From Octopus sinensis (taxonomy: Eukaryota): a stretch of 64,000 bases of DNA. The stretch's first letter is position 1. Each line of letters begins with the position of its first letter. The stretch covers positions 23,932,001 through 23,996,000 of the forward strand of contig NC_043006.1 in assembly GCF_006345805.1 (NCBI RefSeq), read 5' to 3'. A model generated the notes under the pieces. That model did not search any database, was not told the DNA's origin, and saw only the letters and a list, made by a program, of their open reading frames with translations. Shown here one piece after another: positions 1-11,151 of this stretch. The position numbers and the translations under genes are program-made.

Positions 1-188
1 TAAATTAAAATGTAACAACTTTTTTTTTATTTTTATCTTTTATTTATTTCAGTCATTGGACTGTGGCCATGCTGGGGCCACTGCCTTCATGGATTCAATC
101 AAACAATCTCGCACCAGAGGCTTAATTTTTTTTATTTTTTTAAGCCTCATACTTATCAAATCTGTCTCTTTTGTCAAACTGCTAAGTT

Positions 189-367
189 GGCAAAATGCTT
201 AGTGGCATTTTATCTGCCTTTAAGTTCTGAGTTCAGATTCCGCCAGGGTCAACTTACCGATCATCCATTCGGGCTCAATAAATTTAGTACCCGTGAAGTA
301 CTGCGTTCAATGTAATCGACTATCCCTCTCCCTACAAATTCCAGGCCTTGTGCTTATACTAGAAAGG

Positions 368-370
<3 letters not shown>
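189..370 (+). mobile_element. tRNA-derived SINE, family B, decayed and 5'-truncated
   Basis: B-box-like gagttcagattcc, central catccattcggg..aatttagtacc motif and ccaggccttgtgc..agaaaggatt tail, shared with many copies in the window. Confidence 0.8.
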
Positions 371-404
<34 letters not shown>

Positions 405-407
<3 letters not shown>

Positions 408-748
408 CACAGGTATGGCTGTGTGGTAAGAAGTGTCTTTCTACTATAGCTTCAGGCCGACCAAAGCTTTGTGAGTGGATTTGGTAGATGGAAACTGAAA
501 GAAGCCCGTCATGTATGTGTGTGTGTGTGTGTGTATGTTTGTGTGTGTGTTTGTCCTCCCAACATCTTTTGACAACTGATGCTGGTGTGTTTACATGTTT
601 GCGTCCCTGTAACTTAGTGGTTTGGCAAAAGGAACTGATAGAATAAATACTAAGCTTACAAAGAATAAGTCCCGATGTCGATTATCTCGACTAAAGGTGG
701 TGCTCCAGCATGGCCGCGGTCAAATGACTAAAACAAGTAAAAAAATAA
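405..748 (+). mobile_element. tRNA-derived SINE, family A, internally deleted
   Basis: Head ggcacaggtatggctgtgtggtaag, internal (TG)n and tail ggtgctccagcatggccgc..gactaaaacaagtaaaa match the intact copy at 57220. Confidence 0.85.
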
Positions 749-884
749 ACCAACATCATGTTGTGAGGAGATGACTATCTCACTTGTGGTAGTTGCCATC
801 ACTAGGAAAATCATATATGTGTGCATGCTAGTTTGTATGTATGTATGTGTGTATATATATATATGTTATATATACACATTTTTA

Positions 885-924
<40 letters not shown>

Positions 925-930
<6 letters not shown>

Positions 931-2237
931 TAAAAATCAAAGCCTTAGTAAGTAGGAAGGCAGACAAATCACAAATCTCTTCACGTAGATGGCCCTGCTT
1001 GATCTGTAGAAAAGGCATAGGTAGAAACTCCATAAGATGCAACCAGTGAAAGCTTTGGACACATAAAAGGTGCAGCAATATCAGAGAAAGGTTAACAGGG
1101 AAAATAGTTGTTGTATATGGAAGATGCACAGGTACAATAAATGCTGAAAATGTGCAGAAAATAGACTCCATCAACTGCCAGGGGAACAAGCTAGAGATAG
1201 TAGATAGCTTCCATTATGTAGGTGACCGAGTCAGCAGTGGTGGTAGAAGCTCTGGGAACATAGCTGCTAGAATAAGAATAGGCTGGGCAAGGTTCAGAGA
1301 GCTTCTGCCTCTGCTGGCAACAAAAGGCCTCTCTCTCGGAGTGAAAGGCAAATTGTATGATGCTTGTGTGCAAACAGCTATGCTGCATGACAGTGAAATA
1401 TGGGCTGACAGCCAAGGAGATGTGTAGGCTTGAAAGAAATGAAGCCAGTATGCTTTGCTGGATGTCTAATGTCAGTGTGCATGTTTGACAGAGTGTAAGT
1501 ATCTTGAGAGAAAGGTTAGGCAAAAGAGGAATCAGATGTGGTGTGCAGAGAAACAACTGCACTGGTATAGTCATGTGATGCATATAGACAACAACAGCTG
1601 TGTAAAGAAGTGCAGATCTCTAACTGTGGAGGAAACCTGCAGTACAGGAAGACATGGGACAAAGTGGTGAAGCATGATCTTCAAACTTCTAGCCTCACAT
1701 AGGTAATGACTAGTGACCAAGACCTTTGGCGATATGCCATGCTTGAGAAGACCTGTCAAGCCAAGTGAAATCATAGTCATGGCTGATGGTGTCACGTTAC
1801 AGGCACCCATGTCAGTGGCACATAAAGAGCACTATTGGAGCATTGGGCCTCAGGGATACAAAGTGACTGAGTTCCTTTCAAGTGCTGGGCCTCATGGAAG
1901 CAAAAGTGGCTGAATTCCTTTCAAGCATTGGACCTCACAGAGGCAATGACTGAGACCTTTGGCATTATGTTGTGCTTGAGAAGACCCATCAAGCCAAGCA
2001 AAATTGCAGTCGCAGCAGATACCAGTGTCACACAAATGGCACCTGTGCAGATGACACGTAAAAGCACCTATTACACTCTGAGAATGGTTGGCATTAGGAA
2101 GGGCGTCCAGCCATAGAAAACCATGCCAGACCAGACTGGAGTCTTGTGCAACCTTCCAGCTTACCAGCCCTGGTCAAACCATCCAACCCAAACCAGCATG
2201 GACAACAGACTTTAAATAATAATAATAATAATAATGA
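925..2237 (+). mobile_element. 5'-truncated RTE-clade LINE: decayed ORF2 C-terminus (about 925-1765) plus 3' UTR and (AAT)n/(GAT)n tail
   Basis: Frameshifted peptides WPCLICRKGIGRNSIRC, LEIVDSFHYVGDRVSSGG..ARIRIGWARFRELLPLL..KGKLYDACVQTAMLHDSEIW and LHWYSHVMHIDNNSCVKKC are typical RTE post-RT motifs. Confidence 0.9.
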
Positions 2238-2402
2238 TGACATACATACAGTCACACACATTGTATACCTAGGAGGTTCATTTTTATCTTTACATTCTGA
2301 GTTCAAATTCCACCAAGGTCAATTTTGCCTTTGATCTTTTTGGGCTTAGTGAGCCCCGTGGTGGGAAGGTGCTAGTCAGGCCATGTGCCTATAGCAGAAA
2401 GG

Positions 2403-2438
<36 letters not shown>

Positions 2439-2461
2439 TTTGTTGTTGTTAATCAATTGCT

Positions 2462-2680
2462 GAGGTGGTGAGCTGGCAGAGTCATTAGCACGCCAAGTGA
2501 AATGCTTAGTGGTATTTCGTCTGTCTTCACATTCTGAGTTCAAATGCCACCAGGGTCAACTCTGTCTTCCATCCTTTTGAAGTCGATAAATTAAGTACCA
2601 GTTATGCACTGAGGTCAATGTAATCAACTAGCCCCTTCCCCCAAAATGTCAGGCCTTGTGCCTATAGGAGAAAGGATTAT
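2462..2680 (+). mobile_element. SINE family B
   Basis: aggtggtgagctggcagagtcattagcacgcc head through ggccttgtgcctataggagaaaggatt tail; CpG-decayed. Confidence 0.85.
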
Positions 2681-3083
2681 CGATCAATTGGTTAATATTT
2701 CACCAATTAACTAATAAAATGCTTGATTTTAATTGTTGGACCAATCAATCAGCTACATTTGTCAAAGTCCTTTCATCACCATTCATGACCTCAATGACAT
2801 GCCCCCTTTACACCAGGCCTACTTCATACAATGGGATTCTTTCAGTTCCCCTCTATTAAATCCACTCACAAGGCTTTGGCTGCTCTGTGGGTATAACATA
2901 CGGGTGTATACACGTACACACAAGCACACATGTGTATGTGTATTTGTGTACATAGACACAGAGATAAAATATATTTTCAAAACGTAAGCAGAAGTTTGTG
3001 CTGGTTGTGTTCCTTAATTTCATTATGGGCTTGTAGTCTCATATTACATGTTATCACATCTACAGACAAAAATAGACTAGCCA

Positions 3084-3118
<35 letters not shown>

Positions 3119-3311
3119 CACACACACACATACACACAAATTACTGTTACCATCAACTACACACACACATAATAGTGTGTATATAACCACACACTGAAAG
3201 ATATATATATCTCAAAATAAGCAATATTTTAATCACCTTATTTTGAAATTGTATGGATAATACTGTACTAAATTCTGGTGCCTCAACTTAGGTACCATAT
3301 TCATCTGAATC

Positions 3312-3343
<32 letters not shown>

Positions 3344-3462
3344 TCACTGATTACATATAGAAAAACATGCATCTACAACTTACTGCTTAAACACATTAAT
3401 ACACATCAATATATACATTATACACACAACCAAACTTACCTACTGAACACATCAATATATAT

Positions 3463-3521
<59 letters not shown>

Positions 3522-3849
3522 CATATATACACCCTACTGGCCAATTACAAAAGCATAAATATATACTGTCTATACTACAATTTAACATACAATATCCTAG
3601 TTAACATCAACACACACATGTTTTTTTACATAACCAGGCGTATTCCCCATTTTTTTAGGAGGGGGTAGTCACAACAAGACACACACAAGGCATTCCATTC
3701 ATTTACCAGCTCAAAGGGGTGAACCCCCGTTCTATGCTCGGGTCAAGGCATAGAATGCAACCCCCAACAGCAGCAGCTGGGGAGCCCCCAACAGCATATA
3801 TATGCTGGTTTGCCTCCACCTCCACGTCACATCATGCTGGTTCCATACT

Positions 3850-3975
3850 CCTTTGAGCAACATCAAGATTCACTCATCCATCCACACACACTCTCCAAGC
3901 TTTCCTATTATTTATAAACTCTCTTGCTCCAACACCTCTAACCACCAAAGCTTTCCTCACTCCATCCATCCAAAC
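3850..3975 (-). mobile_element. RTE ORF2 extreme C-terminal remnant
   Basis: Minus strand reads WMDGVRKALVVRG..RKAWRVCVDG, resembling the RTE C-terminal W-x-D-x-V...R-x-x-WR motif. Confidence 0.55.
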
Positions 3976-4690
3976 AAACCGAAATACTGGGGTAGGTTCA
4001 TTCAACAAAAGCCTTTGTGGCAGTACTCCAGCATGACCACAGTCCAATGACTGAAACAGGTAAAAGATGTATGTGTGTGTGTGTGCATGTGTTCTTTTAT
4101 TCTTTTATTTGTTTCAGTCATTTGACTGTGGCCATGCTGGAGCACCACATTTAGTCAAACAAATCAACCCCAGGACTTATTCTTTGTAAACCTAGTACTT
4201 ATTCTATCGGTCTCTTCTGCCGAATCACTAAGTTACAGGGACGTAAACACACCAACATCGGTTGTCAAGCAATGGTGGGGCAACAAATACGTGCGTGCAT
4301 GCATACGTACATACGTACATACATACATACATACATACATAGAGATTTTCAGACCATGCCTGCAATTTAGAAAATTCCTGCTGGCCTTTTGGAATCCTCA
4401 TGGCAGCACCACAGCCGGAAACCAATAACCATGGCTGAAAGGAGGAAATCGTTTACCTTCATGGTGCTTTGGTTATCGCATGATGGCAGCGTGGCACGGC
4501 CAAAGACTGATGGACAATGGCAAAGGGAGATAATCACCTAGAGTTTACCCCTAAAAACAAAGCTTTACCCCTCTATTTTTTAATGGTTGTGGTCTGAAGA
4601 TATGCCATAAGGCTAAACCCCTTATGAGTGAGAAAGCCAGGATAAGCCCATAAACTGGCCTACCCGACTATAATATATATATATATATAT

Positions 4691-5083
4691 ACACTCTTTT
4701 ACTTGTTTCAGTCATTTGACTGCGGCCATGCTGGAGCACCACCTTTAATCGAGCAACTCGACCCCGAGACTTATTCTTTGTAAGCCCAGAACTTATTCTA
4801 TCGGTCTCTTTTGCCAAACCGCTAAGTGACAGGAACATAAACACACCAGCATCGGTTGTCAAGCAATGCTAGGGGGACAAACACAGACACAAACACACAT
4901 GCACATATATATACATACATATATACGACGGGCTTCTTTGAGTTTCCGTCTACCAAATTCACTCACAAGGCCTTGGTCGGCCCGAGGCTATAGTAGAAGA
5001 CACTTGTCCAAGGTGCCATGCAGCGGGACTGAACCCAGAACCATGTGGTTGGTAAGCAAGCTACTTACCACACAACCACTCCT
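4691..5083 (-). mobile_element. SINE family A, full length
   Basis: Reverse complement of the family A head, ggcaccttggacaagtgtcttc core-like block and tail. Confidence 0.9.
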
Positions 5084-5116
5084 GAAGGTGGTGCCCCAGC
5101 ATGGCCACCGTCCACT

Positions 5117-5177
5117 GATAACCGAAGAGATGGTGTTGTGGATTTCCACCTCGGCATCCGAAACTCAGAGTTTTATC
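5117..5177 (+). ncRNA. Minimal type I hammerhead ribozyme fold, family HH-B copy 1 (U4C core)
   Basis: Stem I gataa/ttatc; core ccgaaga; stem II gatg..catcc; GAAA; stem III actc-a-gagt; GUU triplet. Confidence 0.7.
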
Positions 5178-5282
5178 TTGGCTACCGAATAATTGTCACA
5201 TATTATTTTACAGATAAATTTCCTCTATTTACATAATATTGAGGTCTCATTCTTTCTTTTGTTATCTTACCGTTTTTACCAA

Positions 5283-5318
<36 letters not shown>

Positions 5319-5794
5319 CCCACACACACACACACTCAAATACTAAGTTAGAGACTAGTAGCTATAAATAAAACAAGTTATCAGTTCACACCATGACTAC
5401 TATCACTATTTTTACACATAAACATACTATATACAACAATATACACATATATTAACACACACACACACACTAGTGTGTGCATATACTGGCAACTATTAAA
5501 AAAAATAGCCAATTAGTTTACACCACAACTACAACATACACACACACACACACACATACACAGATATATACATGCATACAATCATGTAAACACTGACAGC
5601 TATAAAAAAAATATTAACAGGTTCCCACTATGAGGTTTCTTCACTATCACCCCTACACACACACACAAATGCATGCAATAACAGACACGCACCACTGGGA
5701 AGCTATAAAAATAGCAAATATTTGTATGTTCAAAATTTGTGTGTTGAAGCATGAAGGGTGTATGTGGGAGTGAGAGAAATAGAGAGAGAAAGAG

Positions 5795-5830
<36 letters not shown>

Positions 5831-6624
5831 TGTGTGTGTGTGTGTGTGCCATTGTTACTGAGTAGATGTGTATTTGTAGATATGAGCATGTATGTGTATG
5901 TACAGATTTTGTGTCTCCATGTATGTACATGAAGATTGTGTGTATATACATACATGTATATGTGTGCATGCACATACATGTATATGCATACATCTATATG
6001 TACGTTGTGTATGTGTGAGTGTACATGTATACGCCTGTATATACATGTGTGTGTGCACACACCCACACACATCCATACCTAAAAACTCTATTGTTAGGAC
6101 AAAACAAGGTCAGCATTATAATCAATACATCTTGTCTTTTACTTTGTTTTCACTATTACAGCCAAGACCATGCTGGAGCACCACCTTCCTAATCCAAGTG
6201 AAATATCTACTCAGTGTCTGCATGTGAATGGTTTAAGATGGAGTGGCCTGTTGCTCATAATTACCATCACATGTGGGCTTCCCTCAAATCCACTCGGCAT
6301 TCATAAACCTTACAAATTGGTCAAATAGGTTTGGTTGATGTTCCACCCATATATATGTCTAAGTCAATGTGGGTCACTTGTGGCTTGATTCTAGCCGAAA
6401 TGCCTACAAGAGTGAATGAACTCTAAGGACCTGGTGGTAGTATTAAACCAGGCTGTATGTTAGACCACAGCTGTGGGTTAATCAGCATGTCATGGAATTG
6501 CCTATGCACTCACAGTAACCCTAATAAAACCAGGAAAGATGAGGCCCTTCAGTTCTTAAGCTGTTCATCTAAGAGAAACTAACTCCATACAAATCCTGTA
6601 TCCAGATAACTACTGAACTTCAGG

Positions 6625-6793
6625 CAGGGCCGGCCCTAATGTTGCTGGCACCCCAGACATGCTGAACTTTGGTGTCTACAAGTTGACGGTCATGGAAATT
6701 TTCTTTGCCTTTGTCATGCCTTCCTTGGCAACCCCTAGCACACATGGTGCCCTGGGTGACTGCCCGAGTTGCCAGAACCTTGAGTCGGCCCTG
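6625..6793. mobile_element. hAT-like MITE
   Basis: TIRs cagggccggcc / gtcggccctg; degenerate 8-bp TSD acttcagg / ccttcaag. Confidence 0.65.
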
Positions 6794-6983
6794 CCTTCAA
6801 GCACTTCTTGCACCAGACCAAAATATGTTTGAGGGATGAAAGAATGAGATTGGTTCTGCACAAACCATACCCACTATAATAATATCCTTGCCACCTTGTG
6901 GGATAAATTTTTGAATATAGAAATAATATATTTCTAAATCTCTCACAGAGATTTATGCAGTAGCAGCACAATAAAGTGAAGGT

Positions 6984-7183
6984 ATGTTGTCAACTTAATG
7001 TGACAGTTCCATAAAAGGGAAGAATGCTACTGTTATTTAGCCCTAGGAAACACTGTTTCCTGTTGGACTTGACACATAAGGACACAAGAAATGTGTCAAG
7101 TCCAACAGGAAATGGAGTTTCCTAAGGCTAAATAACAGTAGCATTCTTCTTTTTATGGAACTGTCACATGAAGTTGACAACAT
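6984..7183. repeat. Long fold-back palindrome (about 94-bp arms, 13-nt loop)
   Basis: 6984-7077 is a near-perfect reverse complement of 7091-7183. Confidence 0.95.
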
Positions 7184-7984
7184 GCTATCAAATTTTTGAA
7201 TGTTTAGAAAAAGCTAAGGGATTAAACCTTAACAGAAAATCTGGAGGGAGAAATCTTAAAGAAATCTAGCATCCGTTGGGGCTCCATGAATGTTGCCAAC
7301 ATATTGACTTGTCTTTCTTTCATGACATATCCATGAATGAAGAGAATGGTAGGTGTACTTAGAGCTTCTGAAAACAGGCCAGGCACAGCAAAACTGGTTA
7401 AGTTACTGTCTCTGAAATATTGTCAACCAATGAGGAGAAAGGACAATCAATCATGTTAGGCCTATCACATCATCCTTTTCCATCAGTTCCTCGATGCTGA
7501 CATCAGCTGAACAGGCCTCAGCTCCTCACCATACACCATGCTACTTTCACTTCTCAATAAATGCAGCAACAGTGAGAAACCAGCCAAAACTGTTGCTGTG
7601 TATGTGTTATTATTTCTGTATGGTTTCCAATGTAGTCGAACTCTTCAGATTAAGCTGTGGCCACTGGACATAACCTGAAGAACATGTAGATTGTTTTATT
7701 CTTCTCCTGGTTTCAGTCACAGGACTGAGGTCATGATATGACACCGCTCTGAGAGTTTTTAGTCAAGCATATCAACCCTAGTCATACTGCAGTCTGGTGT
7801 TCATTCTATCGATCTTTATTAAATGGCAAAGTTAGCCTTTAATGCAGAGAGATGTAACTTGACCCACCATTTTACACAAATAAACACACACACACACCAC
7901 ACACACACAAGACTCCTCAGTTGAATGGTTGTTCTTACAAGCTACTTGATGGTCTCATAAGTACCATAAAAGCAAAACACTCAC

Positions 7985-8165
7985 TACACCCTGAGAAGTG
8001 GTTAACATTAGGAAGAGCATCAAGCTATGGAAACCCTGCCAAAGCAGGCATTGTTGTTTGGCACAGTCCTCGGGTCCATTGCTTCTCATCAAACTGTCCA
8101 ATTCCTGCCAGCTTGGAAAAAGGACATTAAACAATAACGACAACGATGATGATGATGAAGATGAT
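7985..8165 (+). mobile_element. RTE-type 3' tail fragment
   Basis: gtggttaacattaggaagagcatc..ggaaaaaggacattaaacaataacgac(gat)n, same tail as 2070-2237. Confidence 0.75.
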
Positions 8166-8385
8166 GATGACAGTGCTATATAAAAGCAAACCCAACACAG
8201 TCAGTAAAGTGGTTGGCAAACAAGTGGAGGTCATATAATCAAAAGAACACCTTAATCTTGCTAAGGACTTGATAACTTTTCTAGCATTGGTACCATGACA
8301 AAAAGCACCCTGTATGTTCTGTAAAGTAATTAGTGCTATATTATTTACATTTGACGGATATTTTGTCCTCATCTTGTTTGTTGTT

Positions 8386-8431
8386 AACACAACATTTCAG
8401 CTGATATACCCTCCAGCCTTCATCAGGTGTC
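8386..8431 (-). ncRNA. Inverted second copy of the HH-A hammerhead with two C>T changes
   Basis: Minus strand gacac-CTGATGA-a-ggctg..cagct-GAAA-tgtt-gtgtt; the changes convert G-C pairs to G-U. Confidence 0.75.
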
Positions 8432-8489
8432 TTGGGGAAATTTCAAACCTGGGTTCTCATTCCTAAGGTATCTTTCAATGTTGTTGTTG

Positions 8490-8533
<44 letters not shown>

Positions 8534-8549
8534 TTTGAAATTTCCCCAA

Positions 8550-8595
8550 GACACCTGATGAAGGCTGGAGGGTATATCAGCCGAAACGTTGTGTT
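8550..8595 (+). ncRNA. Minimal type I hammerhead ribozyme (HH-A)
   Basis: gacac-CTGATGA-a-ggctg(gagggtatat)cagcc-GAAA-cg-TT-gtgtt; palindromic stem III ACGT; predicted cleavage after 8590. Confidence 0.85.
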
Positions 8596-9829
8596 AACAA
8601 CAAACAAGATGAGGACAAATATCCGTCAAATGTAAATAATGTACATAATTCCTCATATCTTAAATATAGAACTGTAATTAGTGCTATGTTAGGGCATCCG
8701 GCCATAGAAACCATGTTAAATGGGAAACATATGATCAAGATGTGGTCCTCCACCCTGTCTTCAAAGACAGCAACTTCTAATAAGAACTAATGTGGATTGT
8801 GGTGATTTTTTTCAACTCATGCCAGCATGGAAATCTGACATGTGATGGTGATGAGATTCTGCAATTCCTCTCCAAAATGATTGTCCAAACATATTTTTAA
8901 TGATTTTACAACTTAGTCAAGGGAGGAAATGCAACAGTCAGGAACCCTACAGGGTTGTGCATCTGGAAGGAAAGGACTCTGTGAATCATTTGGGTAGGCA
9001 GGTGATTGGGTGAGAGAGGAATAATGGTATTATTGAGAACAGACAAGGAGGTTTGATCAACCCAGATGATAAGGAGTATATTACACAGCAAATTAGATCA
9101 GAAGAACAGAAGTTAAGGTTGTAACAATGATGTGGACAGTGGAAATAGTTGAGAGTTGAGCATGTTTGCTGATCGAGTTAAATAGCTTTTTTAGGATGTC
9201 AAATCTTAATTGTGGAGTGCTGGCTTGAGGGCCTCAATGATCCTAAGAGCTATGCCAGTGGGGCACAAGCTCTTAAAGGGCTTCCCATGCTGGGGAAATG
9301 AAAGGATAGAGGCTGAAATAATAAGGACCACCTTGGCCCAGAGCCAAGAACAGGAGAGAAAAGTCATCAATGGTCTAGGCTCCACAGGAAGGAAAGAGTT
9401 AAAGTAAGAACCGCATGTTTTGTGTATACAATAATACTGTCCCATAAATGAGAGAAATACTCCAGTTTTGTTTCATGAGGAGGAGAGAGAAGAAAAGGTA
9501 GGTGTTTGTGATTTATGTAAATGTTTCTAGTGGCAGACAGATATAATATGAATTATACATATATTGGTAATGAAAAGTTACACAGCATCAGATAACAGGA
9601 ACAATGGGTGCTTGTTGTTACAACTGGAATCAATACAAGTTTCAGCATATTTTGTTTCCTAATTCTGGCCTTGAATGATGAGCATAATATTCCTTCTGCT
9701 TTTATTTCCATTCCACAATATACTGCACATTGGTCCATATAATGAGAAGAGATCGATAGCCCCTCACTCAGCCCTTCTCCATTTCTAGAAAACAGGAAAT
9801 TGTGACCCCTCTACTGCTTGCTTATCAAC

Positions 9830-10160
9830 CACATGGCTCTGGGCTCAGTCCCACTGCATGACACCTTGGGCAAGTGTCTTCTACTATAGCCTCGGGTCGA
9901 CCAAAGCCTTGTGAGTGGATTTGGTAGGCAGAAACTGAAAGAAGCTCATCCTATCATCATCATCATCATCGTATGTCTTTCTGTGTTTGTCCCCCCACCA
10001 TCGCTTGGCAACCAATGCTGGTATGTTTACATCCCTGTAACTTAGTGATTCGGCAAAAGAGAATGATAGAATAAGTACTAGGCTTACAAAGAATAAGTCC
10101 TGGGGTTGATTTGTTCAACTAAAGGCGGTGCTCCAGCCAAATAACCGAAACAAATAAAAG
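9830..10160 (+). mobile_element. SINE family A, 5'-truncated
   Basis: gttcagtcccactgcatgacaccttgggcaagtgtcttctactatagcc..ggtgctccagc. Confidence 0.85.
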
Positions 10161-10954
10161 AGATCCTTTTCATAGAACAATGTAACCAATTAAGAGAGAG
10201 AGAGAAAAATTGACCCTAGTATTTGCCTGGTACTTTATCAGCCAAAGAAGGATGAAATGCAGAGTTGACCTTAAACGATTTTCAACTCAGAAATCCCTGC
10301 TGTTATTCTTGCTATCGATATTGTTATTGTTGTTGCTATTTATGTCTTGGTCACTGGGTTGGCATCTTGGAGTGCTGTCGGCAAGGCAGTTGATACAGAA
10401 CCTGCTTCGTCTACTTTGTGGTTGTCTCTTCAATTCTCTCTGTCTCTCCTCTCTGTTCTATATGTTGGGAATGGTTATGAATGTGTACAGGTGTGTATGT
10501 GTCTCTGCCCATTTAGATATGAAAAGGTAGTGTTCCATTTCCTTCTCCCCTACAACACTGTGCCCTGGGTTCAGCCATTCCACTGATGATGTTGACAGTT
10601 TTCATAATGGAGATATATCGTCTTCATTGCTTCTGTAACTTTGCTTCCTTCTCGGCAGGTTTTCTGGCTCTATGCAAAATGAGTTTACATTTTCCTAACA
10701 TGGCAGGCTCTTTAAGGGCTTGTGCCCCACTGGCATAGTTCTGTGTCATTGAGGTACTCAAGCCAGCATCCAACAACAAGGATTTGATCTTGTGGAAGAC
10801 CTCGTACACTATATCTTAAAGAAGGTCATTCAACTCAATCTGCAGAGTGGTTAGTATTAGGATGGGCAGAACGGACACAGTGGCCTGGGGTAGTTTTCTA
10901 TTTGGCTGGCTCCTGTCAAACAGACATTAAATGATGATGATGATAATATATATA

Positions 10955-11105
10955 TTGGTAAAAACGGTAAGATAACAAAAGAAAGAAATGCATCTTTCCG
11001 ATGGTTGGATAACTGAAGAGATGGTGGTGTGGATTTCCACCTTGGCATCCGAAACTCAGAGTTTTATCTTGGCTACCGAATAATTGTCACATATTATATT
11101 TACAG

Positions 11106-11110
<5 letters not shown>
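10955..11110 (+). mobile_element. HH-B element copy 2, with an inverted piece of its own 3' tail at the 5' end
   Basis: 10955-10990 (ttggtaaaaacggtaagataacaaaagaaagaaatg) is the reverse complement of the tail at about 5245-5282; 11008-11105 matches 5117-5215. Confidence 0.8.
11008..11068 (+). ncRNA. Minimal type I hammerhead ribozyme (HH-B copy 2, canonical core)
   Basis: gataa-CTGAAGA-gatg(gtgg..ccac)..catcc-GAAA-ctc-a-gag-TT-ttatc; predicted cleavage after 11063. Confidence 0.8.

Positions 11111-11151
<41 letters not shown>

Larger units (their letters stand above)
8340..8673 (+). mobile_element. Fold-back, hammerhead-bearing non-autonomous element (Penelope-like), family HH-A
   Basis: Inverted arms 8341-8451 / 8530-8639; 14-bp TSD gtaattagtgctat at 8326-8339 and 8674-8687; HHR in each arm. 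Confidence 0.8.

Noticed and set aside
3255-3312. cagatga..ggtacc/ggcacc..agaa motif (also at about 44895-44947)
   Set aside because: Deviates from the HHR core at U4 and A15.1 with no compensating logic
4590-4625. ctgaaga-tat-gcc-ataa-ggc-taaac hammerhead-like string
   Set aside because: G12 is replaced by T and there is no stem I or III partner
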